64,000 bases of DNA from Pseudomonadota bacterium. GTDB lineage: Bacteria; Pseudomonadota; Alphaproteobacteria; Caulobacterales; Maricaulaceae. The translations under genes and the position numbers were made by a program. Below are positions 36,488 through 47,191 of this stretch, one piece after another; positions within the stretch are counted from its first letter, which is position 1; each line of letters begins with the position of its first letter. The notes below the pieces were generated by a model. The model saw only the letters and a list, made by a program, of their open reading frames with translations, was not told the DNA's origin and searched no databases. The stretch spans positions 181,310 to 245,309 of the forward strand of contig JAYEGL010000011.1 in NCBI GenBank assembly GCA_034659015.1. Direction: 5' to 3'.

Positions 36488-37953
36488 CGTGTCTCACCAA
36501 GATCGGCGCGCGCCCGTGCGACCAGCTGATCGAGAACCGTGTCCTGCGCACCGCGCAGGACCGGGATGTCGAGCGCGATGTCGGGTGTCACCGGATGCGA
36601 CATCAATGTCCCGTTGGGGCGCACGATATGCGCCTTGGGATACCCCACGGCGAGCCCGGTACGCGGCAGGGTGAAATGCTCCATGGCACCGTAGGTTGTC
36701 GCCATGTCCGCCGTGGTTTCGCCGGCAACGGTCCCGAAGCCGTAATCCTGCACCAGGGCCGCCGTGGTCACCGCATTGGAAAAGCTGTAGCGGTTGACCA
36801 GTACGTAGACCGGCCCCTCGAAACGCTCACCGTCCGGGCGGGGCCGGGCAAAATCCAGCTCGATCGTGACGGTCTCGCCATTCTCGTGGCTGGCGAAGAG
36901 GTCGGCATAGACAGCCGACATGCCGCCTTCGCCCTCCGGCAGCGTGTCCAGCCGGGCCTGGTTGGACGCCGTGGTCTGCGCGCTCACGCGCACGCTGAAC
37001 CGCGACGCGAAGCGGAAGGGCTCGTCGGCGATCCAGGCCAGCATCGGGTCGGAGAAGGAGTTGTTGCCGCCGGGATTGTCGCGCAGGTCGATGATCAGCG
37101 CTTCGGCTCCGGCCGCCAGGAAACCCGCGAAGCTTTCGTCGACGAAGGCGATGAAATCCGACGGGTCCCAGGGATTGCCGTCCGGATCCGGATTGTAGAA
37201 GGGGCCGGGGCGCAGATAGGCGATGTCGGAACCGATCATGCGGGCGTCGCGCCCGTCCAGGCTGAACGGGGCTGCATCGGCCGGGCCCGGATCGAGCGCC
37301 TCGCCGGTCAGGAAGGGGACGGTCAGCGTCTCCTCGCGGCCGTCGGCATGGCGCACATGCAGGCTCGCCTCGGTCATGTCCGGCCATTCCAGCCAGACGA
37401 GGCCGCGCAGATAGGCTTCCAGCAGGGTGTGCGCAAAGCGCGGCGTTTCCGCGGAGATATGACGCGTCAGCGCAGGCATCCAGACCGTGCTGGGCTGACC
37501 GTTGAAGGCGAGGATCTCGTCGCCGACCTCAAGCCCGTCGATCCCGGCGGCGTGCGTTTCCACGAAGACCCGGCCCGCGCGGACGGAAATCGTCAGCGGC
37601 AGGACGCGGCCGCCGGCGGCCCGGAAGGCGCTGTAGGCCTCCAAGGGGAAATCGATCCGCGCATGGGCATGCCGCGCAAGGGCGGCGAAGGTCTGGAATT
37701 CGCGCTGCACGTCCAGCCGTGTCATCGGCGTGTCGAACGCGGCGCGCATTTCCGCATGGCGCCGGTCGAACACGGCCCGGGGCGTGGCGGCGAACAGGTC
37801 GTAATGGGCTTCGCGCAGTCCGGTATAGAGCTGGTCGAAATCGGCGCGCACGGCCTCGGCGCTGTAGACGGTATCGGGCGTGGCGTCCTGGGCAGCGAGG
37901 GGGCTGGCGCAGGCGGTCAGAAGCGCGCCGCAGAGCGTGAAAGTCTTGAGCAT
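36484..37953 (-). CDS. Secreted S41-family peptidase
   Basis: Signal peptide from MLKTFTLCGALLTACA and the IIDLRDNPGGN motif typical of S41. The track ORF extends to 38028. Confidence 0.8.
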   Translation of the reverse strand: MLKTFTLCGALLTACASPLAAQDATPDTVYSAEAVRADFDQLYTGLREAHYDLFAATPRAVFDRRHAEMRAAFDTPMTRLDVQREFQTFAALARHAHARIDFPLEAYSAFRAAGGRVLPLTISVRAGRVFVETHAAGIDGLEVGDEILAFNGQPSTVWMPALTRHISAETPRFAHTLLEAYLRGLVWLEWPDMTEASLHVRHADGREETLTVPFLTGEALDPGPADAAPFSLDGRDARMIGSDIAYLRPGPFYNPDPDGNPWDPSDFIAFVDESFAGFLAAGAEALIIDLRDNPGGNNSFSDPMLAWIADEPFRFASRFSVRVSAQTTASNQARLDTLPEGEGGMSAVYADLFASHENGETVTIELDFARPRPDGERFEGPVYVLVNRYSFSNAVTTAALVQDYGFGTVAGETTADMATTYGAMEHFTLPRTGLAVGYPKAHIVRPNGTLMSHPVTPDIALDIPVLRGAQDTVLDQLVARARADLGETR

Positions 37954-38082
37954 TCCGGTCTCCCGTGTCTTGTTTCCGGTGGAGTGGCCGGGACGCTGGG
38001 CGCGGGGCCGTTCAAAGGCCATGACCATATCTTCCTGACTGTCTGACCTTTTTCTGACCGGGGCAAGGGGACTGGAAAATCA

Positions 38083-39312
38083 ATGAAGTACAGCGGGGCT
38101 TTCATGCTCGGGGACTGGCGCGTCGAACCGCGCGCGGGCCGGATTTCGGGACCCGACGGCGAGCGCGAGCTCGAGCCGAAAGTGATGGACTTGCTGTGCC
38201 TGCTCGCCGAGGCCGAAGGCGAGGTGGTCTCGCGTGAGACGATGGCCGGGCGGATCTGGCCGGGCGTGACCGTGAATGACGACGCGCTGGGCCGCTGCGT
38301 GTGGAAGCTGCGCCGGGCGCTGGGCGATCCGGCGCGGACGCCGCGCTATGTCGCCACCGTGCCCAAGCGCGGCTATCGCCTGCTCGAACCGGCCGTCCCG
38401 CAACGCCTTCCCGCGCCGGTCCGCGCCGTTCCCAAATGGATCTGGGGCGTGGCCGGCGCGCTCCTCCTGCTCATGGCCTTCCCGGCTTTCTGGCTGGTGC
38501 GCACGACACTGGCACCGGCCGGAGAGCCCGAAGCCCGGGCGGAGCGTCTGGCCGACCGGGCGGACGATTTCTACTACCAGTTCGAGGCGAGCGGAAACGA
38601 TGCTGCCATGCGTCTCTACGAGGCCGCGCTGGAACTGGAGCCGGACAATCCGCGCGCCCTGGCAGGCCTGGCGAATACGGTGACCCAGCGCGTGCTGCGC
38701 AGCGAGCCGCAGGACTGGCCGGGCGAGACCGGCGCGTCGCGCGTGGGCGCGGCCCTGGCCTCGGGGCGCACAGGCGAGGCCGAGGCGGTGCGCCGGCTGG
38801 ACCGTGCCGAAGCGCTGGCGCGCCGCGCCATCACGGCCGATCCGGACTATCCGCTGGGCTATCGCGCCCTGGGGCTGGCGCTCTCGTCGCAAGGCGATCT
38901 GGATGCGGCCATCGAGGCCTACAACCGCGCACTCACACTCGATCCCGATGCCTGGCAGGCCTGGATCAACCTGTCGGACATGCACGATCTGAAGGGCGAG
39001 CCTGACCTGGCGCTGACCTATCTGGAGCGCGCCTACGAGGCGATGAGCCGGGTCTATGACGAGCAGACCGTGCTGATCCGGCCCTGGTACAGCCCCACCG
39101 GTCTGAGCATCGCCCGGGCCCATGCCGGGCGCGGCGATGCGGTGACGGCGGAACTCTGGTATCGCCGCGTGCTCTACTGGGATCCCTACAATCGCGATGC
39201 CACACGCGAACTGGCCGCCCTTCTGCGCGAGAACGGGGATGCTGCTGCGGCCGACGCGCTGTGCGCGGAAGGCGCGGCGCGGACCGGGGACGCGGAACTG
39301 TGCGGCGGCTGA
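38083..39312 (+). CDS. Winged-helix (OmpR/CadC-type) DNA-binding domain, TM and TPR protein
   Basis: N-terminal trans_reg_C-like region (LEPKVMDLLCLLAEAEGEVVSRETM...TVPKRGYRL), one TM helix (WIWGVAGALLLLMAFPAFWLV) and TPR-like repeats. Confidence 0.8.
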   Translation: MKYSGAFMLGDWRVEPRAGRISGPDGERELEPKVMDLLCLLAEAEGEVVSRETMAGRIWPGVTVNDDALGRCVWKLRRALGDPARTPRYVATVPKRGYRLLEPAVPQRLPAPVRAVPKWIWGVAGALLLLMAFPAFWLVRTTLAPAGEPEARAERLADRADDFYYQFEASGNDAAMRLYEAALELEPDNPRALAGLANTVTQRVLRSEPQDWPGETGASRVGAALASGRTGEAEAVRRLDRAEALARRAITADPDYPLGYRALGLALSSQGDLDAAIEAYNRALTLDPDAWQAWINLSDMHDLKGEPDLALTYLERAYEAMSRVYDEQTVLIRPWYSPTGLSIARAHAGRGDAVTAELWYRRVLYWDPYNRDATRELAALLRENGDAAAADALCAEGAARTGDAELCGG

Positions 39313-39313
39313 G

Positions 39314-39730
39314 CTAGTCGCCCGGTTTTGGCTTCTGCCTGAGCGACTTGGTTGTCGAGCGCCGGGCCTTGGCTTCCTTATGCTTGCGCACCGAGCTCAG
39401 CGAGGGGCGGGATTTCTTGCGCGGTTTGGGCGGAGTGAGGGCGCGTTCGACGAGGCGGCGCAGCCGCTCCCGGGCCTCGGCGCGATTGCGTTCCTGCGAG
39501 CGCTGATTGTCGGCCTGGATCAGCAGCACGCCGTCCTTGGTCATGCGCGATCCGGCCAGACGGACCAGGCGTTTCTTCACCGCCGGATCGAGCGCGGATC
39601 GCGCGACGTCGAAGCGCAGCTGGACGGCGCTTTCGGTCTTGTTGACGTGCTGACCGCCGGGCCCGGAGGCGCGCAGGAAGCGTTCCTCGATCTCGCGCTC
39701 GTCTATGGCCAGGCTTTCATTGATGCGCAT
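39314..39730 (-). CDS. arfB: Alternative ribosome-rescue factor ArfB (peptidyl-tRNA hydrolase)
   Basis: GGQ motif (SGPGGQHVNKTESAV) and a basic C-terminal tail. 138 aa. Confidence 0.9.
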   Translation of the reverse strand: MRINESLAIDEREIEERFLRASGPGGQHVNKTESAVQLRFDVARSALDPAVKKRLVRLAGSRMTKDGVLLIQADNQRSQERNRAEARERLRRLVERALTPPKPRKKSRPSLSSVRKHKEAKARRSTTKSLRQKPKPGD

Positions 39731-39746
39731 GGCCGGCTCCGCCCGT

Positions 39747-40397
39747 TCAGTCGTGCGGGTTGATCAGGAGGTCGGTGCCGAACTCTCGGGCCTGCAGGCG
39801 GACCCGTTCGCCCGCGACCCGCGCCTTGCCCGAACAGGCCAGGGCGACGCATTGCGGGTAGAGTTTGTGCTCGGCCTGCAATACGCGCGCGGCCAGCGTC
39901 TCCGGCGTGTCGCCGGGCAGGACCGGAACGGCGGCCTGGCCGATGATCGGCCCGTCATCCATTTCCGGGCGGACATAATGCACCGTGCAGCCATGCACGC
40001 GCACGCCGGCTTCCAGGGCGCGCTCGTGTGTGTGCAGCCCCTTGAAAGCCGGCAGAAGCGAGGGGTGGATATTGATCAGGAGGTCGCGCCAGCGCTCGGT
40101 GAACCAGGGTGTGAGGATGCGCATGAAGCCGGCCAGGCAGACGATGCGTGCACCATACATCTTCAGGGTCGCATCCAGCGCTTCCTCGAAGGATTCGCGG
40201 CTGTCATGATCGCGGTGATCGACCACATCGGTCTCGATCCCCGCCGCCTCGGCGATGGCCAGGCCCGGCGCGTCGGGATTGTTCGACGCCACCAGCACGA
40301 TCTCGGCCGGGAACGTCTCGTCCTTCGCCGCCTCGATCAGCGCCTGCATGTTGGAACCGCGCCCGGAAATGAGCACGGCGATCTTGGTCTTCGCCAT
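39747..40397 (-). CDS. purN: Phosphoribosylglycinamide formyltransferase
   Basis: Motifs VLISGRGSNMQAL, NIHPSLLP and HGCTVH. Adjacent to purM. Confidence 0.95.
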   Translation of the reverse strand: MAKTKIAVLISGRGSNMQALIEAAKDETFPAEIVLVASNNPDAPGLAIAEAAGIETDVVDHRDHDSRESFEEALDATLKMYGARIVCLAGFMRILTPWFTERWRDLLINIHPSLLPAFKGLHTHERALEAGVRVHGCTVHYVRPEMDDGPIIGQAAVPVLPGDTPETLAARVLQAEHKLYPQCVALACSGKARVAGERVRLQAREFGTDLLINPHD

Positions 40398-40411
40398 CGG
40401 GATGATCCTGG

Positions 40412-41452
40412 TCAGGCTGCCTTGACTTGCCCGACAATCATGGCGTGCTCACCGGTCAAGGCAAGCGCATCCATGGCCGCATCCGCAGTCTCCGGCGCCA
40501 CGCAGAGCACCATGCCCACCCCGCAATTGAAAGTGCGGTGCATTTCATGGGGGGCAATGCCGCCCGTTTCGGCCAGCCACTGGAACAGGGGCGGCAGGGT
40601 CCAGGCGGCGTAGTCGATCGCGGCCTCGAGATGATCCGGCATCATGCGCGGCGGGTTCTCCACCAGGCCGCCGCCGGTGATGTGGGCCAGGCCCTTCACC
40701 ATGTCGGACTTGATCAGGGGCAGGCAGGATTTCACGTAGAGCCGGGTCGGGGCGAGGAAGGCCTCGCCCAGCGTCTTTCCGGTCTCGAAGGGGGCCGGGT
40801 CGGACCAGTCCAGTTCGGCCACTTCCATCACCTTGCGCACCAGGGAAAAACCGTTGGAATGCACGCCGGAGGAGGCCAGGCCGATCAGCACGTCGCCTTC
40901 GGCCATGGCGTCGTGACGGGGCAGGAGCCGGCCGCGCTCGGCCGCGCCGACCACGAAGCCGGCGAGATCGAAATCGTCCTCGGCATACATGCCCGGCATT
41001 TCCGCCGTCTCGCCGCCGATCAGGGCGCAGCCGGAGAGGCGGCAGCCTTCCGCGATGCCTTTCACGATGGCTTCGCCGCGGGCCGGATCCAGCTTCGAGG
41101 TGGCCAGATAGTCCAGGAAGAAGAGCGGTTCGGCGCCCTGGGCCAGCACGTCGTTGACGCACATCGCGACCAGGTCGATGCCGACCGTGTCGAGAATGCC
41201 CGTCGCAATGGCCAGTTTCAGCTTGGTGCCGACACCGTCCGTGCCGGAGATCAGGATCGGATCGTCATAGCCGGCGGCCTTCAGGTCGAAGGCGCCGCCG
41301 AAACCGCCGAGATCGGCGGCCGCACCGGCCCGGCGCGTGGCCGCAGCAAGCGGCTTGATACGGTCGACCAGGGCATCGCCGGCATCGATATCGACCCCGC
41401 TGTCGGCATAGGTGAGCCCGTTCTTGCGTCCGCTGTCGTCGGTTCCGGCCAT
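40412..41452 (-). CDS. purM: Phosphoribosylformylglycinamidine cyclo-ligase (AIR synthetase)
   Basis: [13 protein letters not shown] start and DGVGTK. 346 aa. Confidence 0.97.
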   Translation of the reverse strand: MAGTDDSGRKNGLTYADSGVDIDAGDALVDRIKPLAAATRRAGAAADLGGFGGAFDLKAAGYDDPILISGTDGVGTKLKLAIATGILDTVGIDLVAMCVNDVLAQGAEPLFFLDYLATSKLDPARGEAIVKGIAEGCRLSGCALIGGETAEMPGMYAEDDFDLAGFVVGAAERGRLLPRHDAMAEGDVLIGLASSGVHSNGFSLVRKVMEVAELDWSDPAPFETGKTLGEAFLAPTRLYVKSCLPLIKSDMVKGLAHITGGGLVENPPRMMPDHLEAAIDYAAWTLPPLFQWLAETGGIAPHEMHRTFNCGVGMVLCVAPETADAAMDALALTGEHAMIVGQVKAA

Positions 41453-41583
41453 GCCGATTCCCCAGGCTTTGACAAAGTGCGGCGGAGTACAGTCGAAACC
41501 CGCCCTGGACGCAAGCCACGGGCTTCACGCGGGACTGCGTCCGGTTATAGTGGCGCCAAATCCGGATCTGACAGGAGCCTGCC

Positions 41584-42657
41584 GTGCGTTTCCTCATCAC
41601 TGCGTTCTGCCTGAGCCTCGCCGTCCTGGCGCCGGTTCACGCGGATGACCCCTACACGGTGACCGGCGTCGAGATCGACGCGACCGCCGACAATGCGCTT
41701 CAGGCCCAGACCCGGGCGATGCGGCAGGGCCAGCGCGCCGCCGCCCGCCTGCTGGTCGAACGGCTGACCCTGGCCGAAGACCGGGTGGGTACGCCGCTGG
41801 AGACCGAAGCGGCCGATGCCTTCGCGATCGACGATGCCATCATCGCCGAGATGATCTCGGGCCTGGAAATCCGCGACGAGCAGCGCAGTTCGACGCGTTA
41901 TCTCGCCAAGCTCGATGTCGGCTTCCACCGCCGCTCGGTGGAGCGGGTGCTCGATGCCTACGATATCCCCTTCGTTGACAGCCAGGCCCGGCCGACCCTG
42001 GTCCTGCCGGTCATGGAACAGGGCGGCGCGCTGCTGCTCTGGGAGGACAATCCCTGGCGCGAGGCCTGGCAGACGCGGCGCTTCCGGCACGCCCTGACGC
42101 CGATGTTCATGCCCGATATCGCGCCGGAAGAGGCGCCGATCTCGGCCCGTCAGGCGCTTCAGCTCAACGAGACGGCCCTGCAATCCCTGGCTGCCGAATA
42201 CGGCGTGCGCCGGATCGCGGTCCTGCGGGCCGGCGAACGCTCCGGCGGCTACCGGGTTGGCGGCTATCTGGTGGCGCTGGAGTCCGACGGCACCTTGTCG
42301 GTCGACACCTGGGGACCGGAAACCCTGTATGGCGGATGGCAGATGGCGGCCGAGACCTTCGTCACCCGGCACGAGGACGAGTGGAAACGCGCCAGCGTCG
42401 TGCGCGACCGGGAAGAGACCGAGATGCGCGTGACCGTGCTCTATGGCGGAATAGACGAATGGCGCCGGCTGCAGACGGCACTGGGCCGCGCCTCGCTGGT
42501 GCGCAATGCCCAGCTGGACGCGCTGTCCCGCGACGGGGCCCGGATGACGCTGCATTATCGCGGTGCCATGGAACAGCTGGTGTCCGAGCTTGCCGAGCGT
42601 GGCGCGACACTGGAAGAACATCCCGAACTGGGCTGGGTGGTGATGTCCACCCGGTAG
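41584..42657 (+). CDS. DUF2066-like secreted protein
   Basis: GTG start and a signal peptide. It sits between purM and hda, which matches the purM-DUF2066-hda synteny I remember from other proteobacteria. The family call is from memory. Confidence 0.65.
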   Translation: MRFLITAFCLSLAVLAPVHADDPYTVTGVEIDATADNALQAQTRAMRQGQRAAARLLVERLTLAEDRVGTPLETEAADAFAIDDAIIAEMISGLEIRDEQRSSTRYLAKLDVGFHRRSVERVLDAYDIPFVDSQARPTLVLPVMEQGGALLLWEDNPWREAWQTRRFRHALTPMFMPDIAPEEAPISARQALQLNETALQSLAAEYGVRRIAVLRAGERSGGYRVGGYLVALESDGTLSVDTWGPETLYGGWQMAAETFVTRHEDEWKRASVVRDREETEMRVTVLYGGIDEWRRLQTALGRASLVRNAQLDALSRDGARMTLHYRGAMEQLVSELAERGATLEEHPELGWVVMSTR

Positions 42658-42661
42658 GCAA

Positions 42662-43360
42662 GTGAACCGTCGGGCCGACATGACACCCCAACTGGCACTC
42701 GATCTGCCGGCGCGCGAGGATTTCAGCGCCGAGAGTCTGATCCTCGGTCCCTCCAATACCGAGGCGCTGGCCGCGCTCGGCCGCTGGCCGGACTGGCCGC
42801 GCAACGTCATGGCGCTGATCGGGCCGGAAGGCTCGGGCAAGTCGCATTTGGGCACGGTGTGGGCTGTGCGCTGTGAGGCGGCGGTCATTCCGGCCGCCGC
42901 GCTGGCCGATCAGCTGTCCGGTCTTGCGCCCGGCCGCTGCGCCCTGGTCGAGGATGTCGATCGCGGCGTCGACGAGGATGCGCTCTTCCACGCGCTCAAC
43001 CGGGCGGCCCAGGGCGATATCCCCGCGCTTCTGCTCACCGCCCGCAAGCCTCCGGTGCTGTGGCCGGCCAGCCTGCCCGACCTGGTCTCGCGCCTGCGCG
43101 CCCTGCCGCACGCCGACCTGCACGAGGCGGACGATGAATTGCTCACCCGGTTGATCGAGAAGCAACTGCAGGACCGGGGCGCCCCGGTCCGGCCCGGCGT
43201 GATAGAGTATCTGCTGCCGCGCATGGAGCGTTCCGTCGCCGCCGTGCGCCGTCTGGTCGAGCAGATGGACAAGCTCGCCCTCGTCAAGAAAACGCCGATC
43301 ACGCGTGCGATTGCGCGGGACGTACTGGAAAGCTGGCAGGACAGCGGAGACGCGGAATGA
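42662..43360 (+). CDS. hdaA: DnaA-related regulatory protein HdaA
   Basis: QLALDLP N-terminus and Walker A ([10 protein letters not shown]). Size is about 230 aa. The start could be GTG at 42662 or ATG at 42680. Confidence 0.8.
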   Translation: MNRRADMTPQLALDLPAREDFSAESLILGPSNTEALAALGRWPDWPRNVMALIGPEGSGKSHLGTVWAVRCEAAVIPAAALADQLSGLAPGRCALVEDVDRGVDEDALFHALNRAAQGDIPALLLTARKPPVLWPASLPDLVSRLRALPHADLHEADDELLTRLIEKQLQDRGAPVRPGVIEYLLPRMERSVAAVRRLVEQMDKLALVKKTPITRAIARDVLESWQDSGDAE

Positions 43361-45537
43361 ACCTCCCCGCCCGGGACATCGCCGATACCGACGCTCTGGC
43401 GAATGCGCCGGCGCGTTTCCTGAACCGGGAACTGTCCTGGGTGCGTTTCAACCTGCGCGTCCTGGAAGAGGCGGAGAACCCGAACCATCCGGTGTTCGAG
43501 CGCGTGCGCTTCCTGTCGATCTCGGCCAGCAATCTGGACGAGTTCTACATGGTGCGCGTGGCCGGCCTGCGCGCCCAGATGCATTCCGGCGTGACCTCGA
43601 CGAGTATCGACGGGCTGACACCGGCCGAGCAGCTCGAACAGATCCATGCCCTGGCCGGCGAGCTGATGGTCAAGCAGCAGCATCTCTGGCGCAAGCTGAA
43701 GACCGAGATGGGCAAGGCGGGCGTGAAAGTGCTCGAGCCCAGCCAGATCTCCAGGACGGACGAGGCGTGGCTGCGGGGCGATTTCCTCAAACACACCCTG
43801 CCGGTCATCACGCCGCTGGCGATCGACCCGGCCCATCCTTTCCCCTTCATTCCCAACCTGGGCTTTGCCCTGGCGCTGCAATTGCGCAAACAGGGCAATG
43901 GCAAGCTGATGAATGCGCTGATCCCGCTGCCCAGCGGGGTGAAGCGCTTCGTGGAACTGCCCACCCGTGCGCGCCGCGACGGCGGCCGTCCGGACCGGCG
44001 CTTCATGTCGCTGGAATCGGTGCTGACGCTGTTCGTCGACACGCTCTTCCCGGGCTATGAAGTGCTCGGAAAGGGCGTCTTCCGGGTGATCCGCGACAGC
44101 GATATCGAGGTCGAGGAGGAATCCGAAGACCTGATGCTGGAATTCGAGAACCTGCTGAAGGAACGCCGCCGCGGTGCCGTGGTCCGCCTGACCATGGAGA
44201 CCGGCATGCCGCCGGCCCTGCGCGATCTCATTGTCCAGCACATGCATGCCGGACCCCAGGACATCGTGCCGGTGAACGGCATTCTCGGCCTCTCCCAGGT
44301 CGGCCAGCTGATCCCGGACGACCGGCCCGAACACATCTTCAAACCCTATGAGCCGCGCTATCCGGAACGGATCCGCGATCATGGCGGCGACTGTTTCTCG
44401 GCGATCCGGGAAAAGGACATCATCGTCCACCACCCCTATGAGAGTTTCGACGTGGTGGTGGAATTCCTGCGCCAGGCCGCCGCCGATCCCGACGTGATCG
44501 CGATCAAGCAGACGCTCTACCGCACCTCCAAGAACAGCCCCATCGTGGCGGCGCTGATCGAGGCGGCGGAAAGCGGCAAGAACGTGACCGCGCTGGTCGA
44601 GCTGAAGGCGCGTTTCGACGAGGAGGCCAACCTGAAATGGGCGCGCGACCTGGAACGCGCCGGTGTGCAGGTCGTCTACGGTTTCATCGAGTACAAGACC
44701 CACGCGAAGATCTCGCTCGTGGTGCGCCGCGAAGGCTCGGACTTGCGCACCTATGCCCATTTCGGGACCGGCAACTATCACCCGATCACGGCGCGCATCT
44801 ATACCGACCTGTCCCTGTTCACCGCCGATCCTGCTTTCGGGCGCGATGCGGGCCGCGTGTTCAACTATGTCACCGGCTATGCCCGTCCGGAGAATCTGGA
44901 GCGGCTGTCGGTCTCGCCGATCGGGATGAAAGAATTCATCCTCGAGCATATCGAGCGCGAGATCGAGAATGCCCGCGCCGGCAAGCCCGCGGCGGTCTGG
45001 GCCAAGCTCAATTCGCTGGTCCATCCGGAAATCATCGACACGCTCTACCGGGCCAGCCAGGCCGGTGTACGGGTGGAACTGGTCGTGCGCGGCATCTGCT
45101 GCCTGCGTCCGGGCATCAAGGGCCTGTCCGAGAATATCCGCGTGAAATCGATCGTCGGGCGGTTCCTGGAGCATTCGCGCATCGTGTGTTTTGCAAACGG
45201 CGAGGCGATGCCGTCGCCGGCAGCGAAAGTCTTCATCTCCTCGGCCGACTGGATGCCGCGCAATCTCGACCGCCGGGTCGAGCATCTCTGCCCGATCCAG
45301 AATCCGACCGTGCACCGCCAGGTGCTCGACCAGATCATGGTCGCCAACCTGAACGATACCGACCAGAGCTGGTATATGGACAGCGAGGGCGATTATCACC
45401 GCGTGGACGCGGCGAATGTCGACAAACCCTTCAGCGCGCACGCCTATTTCATGACCAATCCCAGCCTGTCCGGCCGCGGTCATGCGCTCAAGGGCGACCA
45501 GCCGCCCACTCTGACCGGCAGCAGTACGGGCAGCTGA
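43357..45537 (+). CDS. ppk: Polyphosphate kinase 1
   Basis: [20 protein letters not shown]-terminus and two PLD-like C-terminal domains ([13 protein letters not shown]). The start overlaps hdaA in an ATGA. Confidence 0.97.
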   Translation: MNLPARDIADTDALANAPARFLNRELSWVRFNLRVLEEAENPNHPVFERVRFLSISASNLDEFYMVRVAGLRAQMHSGVTSTSIDGLTPAEQLEQIHALAGELMVKQQHLWRKLKTEMGKAGVKVLEPSQISRTDEAWLRGDFLKHTLPVITPLAIDPAHPFPFIPNLGFALALQLRKQGNGKLMNALIPLPSGVKRFVELPTRARRDGGRPDRRFMSLESVLTLFVDTLFPGYEVLGKGVFRVIRDSDIEVEEESEDLMLEFENLLKERRRGAVVRLTMETGMPPALRDLIVQHMHAGPQDIVPVNGILGLSQVGQLIPDDRPEHIFKPYEPRYPERIRDHGGDCFSAIREKDIIVHHPYESFDVVVEFLRQAAADPDVIAIKQTLYRTSKNSPIVAALIEAAESGKNVTALVELKARFDEEANLKWARDLERAGVQVVYGFIEYKTHAKISLVVRREGSDLRTYAHFGTGNYHPITARIYTDLSLFTADPAFGRDAGRVFNYVTGYARPENLERLSVSPIGMKEFILEHIEREIENARAGKPAAVWAKLNSLVHPEIIDTLYRASQAGVRVELVVRGICCLRPGIKGLSENIRVKSIVGRFLEHSRIVCFANGEAMPSPAAKVFISSADWMPRNLDRRVEHLCPIQNPTVHRQVLDQIMVANLNDTDQSWYMDSEGDYHRVDAANVDKPFSAHAYFMTNPSLSGRGHALKGDQPPTLTGSSTGS

Positions 45538-45542
45538 GCGCC

Positions 45543-47063
45543 TTGGACGAAAATACCCAGTCCATCGAACCCTTGATCGCGGAAACCGCGATCCACCGCG
45601 ACATCGCGGTGATCGATGTCGGCTCCAACTCGGTGCGCCTGGTGCATTTCCGGGTCGAGGGCCGGGCCTTGTGGCCGATCTTCAACGAGAAGGTCATGGC
45701 CGGGCTGGGCCGCGGCGTACGCGAGACGGGCAAGCTGCACGAAGAGGGCCGGGAGGTCGCGCTCAAGGCGCTCAAGCGCTTCCAGCGCCTGCTCGATGCC
45801 AAGGGCGTGGTGGAACGTCATGTCGTAGCCACGGCCGCCGTGCGCAATGCGGCGGACGGACCGAAATTCGTGGCCGACGTGGCCGATCTGACGGGGCTGG
45901 AGATGCGCGTCCTGTCCGGTGAAGACGAGGCGCGACTGTCGGCGATGGGCGTGCTGGCCGGCATTCCCGATGCACGTGGCGTGATGGGCGATCTGGGCGG
46001 TTCCAGCCTGGAGCTCACCCCCCTGGCCGACGGTGCCGTGGGCGCTGGACGAACCTTTGCGCTGGGGCCGCAGGCGGTGATGAGCGGCGATGCGTTCGAC
46101 AGCGCCGCCGCGCAGGCGATGATCGACGAACAGCTCGCAGGTGTGCTGGATAGCCGGGGCGGTTCGTTCTACGCCATCGGCGGGGCCTGGCGCGCCATGG
46201 CGCAACTGGCCTTCGCCCGGTTCGATCATCCGCTTCACGTTGTTCACCAGTTCGAACTGACGGCCGGGAAGGCACTGGAACTGGCGCGGCTGGCCAGCCG
46301 GCTCAGCGCCGCTTCGCTGACGGGGACGCCGGGCCTGTCCTCGCGCCGAGTGACCACACTGCCCTATGCCGCGCTGCTGCTGCGCCGGGTCATCCATCAT
46401 GGCGGTTTCGAGCGCGTCATCTTTTCCGCCTACGGCGTGCGCGAAGGCGTGCTGGCCGACGGGCTGCCGCCCGATCTTCTGGCCACCGATCCGCTGATCG
46501 CCGGTGCCGAAGCGATGTCGCGCCCGTCTTCCCCGGCGCCGGATTTCGGCCGTGCGCTGGCTGCCTGGATTGCGCCGGCCATGCGGGAGGTGGAGACCGC
46601 TTTCGATCCGGTGCGCGACCGTGTGCTGCAGGAAGCGGGTGCCCGTCTGACCGATCTCGGCGCGCGCTTCCACCCCGATCACCGCGCGGACCTGGCTCGC
46701 GACACCGTGCTCTATGCGCCGTTTGCCGGCGTCACGCATGCCGAACGCGCCTTCCTGGCTGCCGCAATCCACTATCGCTATGCCGGCAAACGCGGCGCGC
46801 TGGAAAAGCATGAAGAGTTCGGCCTGCTCACCACCGACCAGCACAATGTTGCCCAGATGATGGGGTGCGCCCTGCGTCTCGGTGCGAAACTCTCGGGCCG
46901 CGCGCCGCGCCTGCTCGACCGGTTCAACCTGTCGGTGACCCCACAGCACGTCCGTCTGTCCGTCGACGAGAGCGTGCGCGACCTCTATGTCGAGCGGTCG
47001 CTTTCCCTTCTGGACAATCTCGCCCGCGCCATCGGCCGGGAAGGGCATGTGGACTACGTCTGA
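45543..47063 (+). CDS. ppx: Exopolyphosphatase (Ppx/GppA family), start uncertain
   Basis: IAVIDVGSNSVRLV motif and its position after ppk. The possible in-frame starts are TTG at 45543 or TTG at 45573. The earlier part of track ORF 44637..47063 overlaps ppk in another frame. Confidence 0.85.
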   Translation: MDENTQSIEPLIAETAIHRDIAVIDVGSNSVRLVHFRVEGRALWPIFNEKVMAGLGRGVRETGKLHEEGREVALKALKRFQRLLDAKGVVERHVVATAAVRNAADGPKFVADVADLTGLEMRVLSGEDEARLSAMGVLAGIPDARGVMGDLGGSSLELTPLADGAVGAGRTFALGPQAVMSGDAFDSAAAQAMIDEQLAGVLDSRGGSFYAIGGAWRAMAQLAFARFDHPLHVVHQFELTAGKALELARLASRLSAASLTGTPGLSSRRVTTLPYAALLLRRVIHHGGFERVIFSAYGVREGVLADGLPPDLLATDPLIAGAEAMSRPSSPAPDFGRALAAWIAPAMREVETAFDPVRDRVLQEAGARLTDLGARFHPDHRADLARDTVLYAPFAGVTHAERAFLAAAIHYRYAGKRGALEKHEEFGLLTTDQHNVAQMMGCALRLGAKLSGRAPRLLDRFNLSVTPQHVRLSVDESVRDLYVERSLSLLDNLARAIGREGHVDYV

Positions 47064-47191
47064 CGTCCCTGGCGCGGGACAGGGTCATAAAATATGCCGT
47101 CGCGTCACGGCGTCTTAACCCTCTTTCTTTTCGGCCTGTAAGGGATTGCCGCGCCAGTCTGGCCGCAAGGGACAGCAAGGCACCGCAATTC

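Noticed and set aside
44637-45542. The first ~300 aa of the 808-aa ORF 44637..47063, which would give a much longer Ppx.
   Set aside because: This part overlaps ppk in another frame and is Arg/Pro-rich. Ppx-like sequence (IAVIDVGSNSVRLV) begins only after the ppk stop, so I start ppx at an in-frame TTG near 45543.
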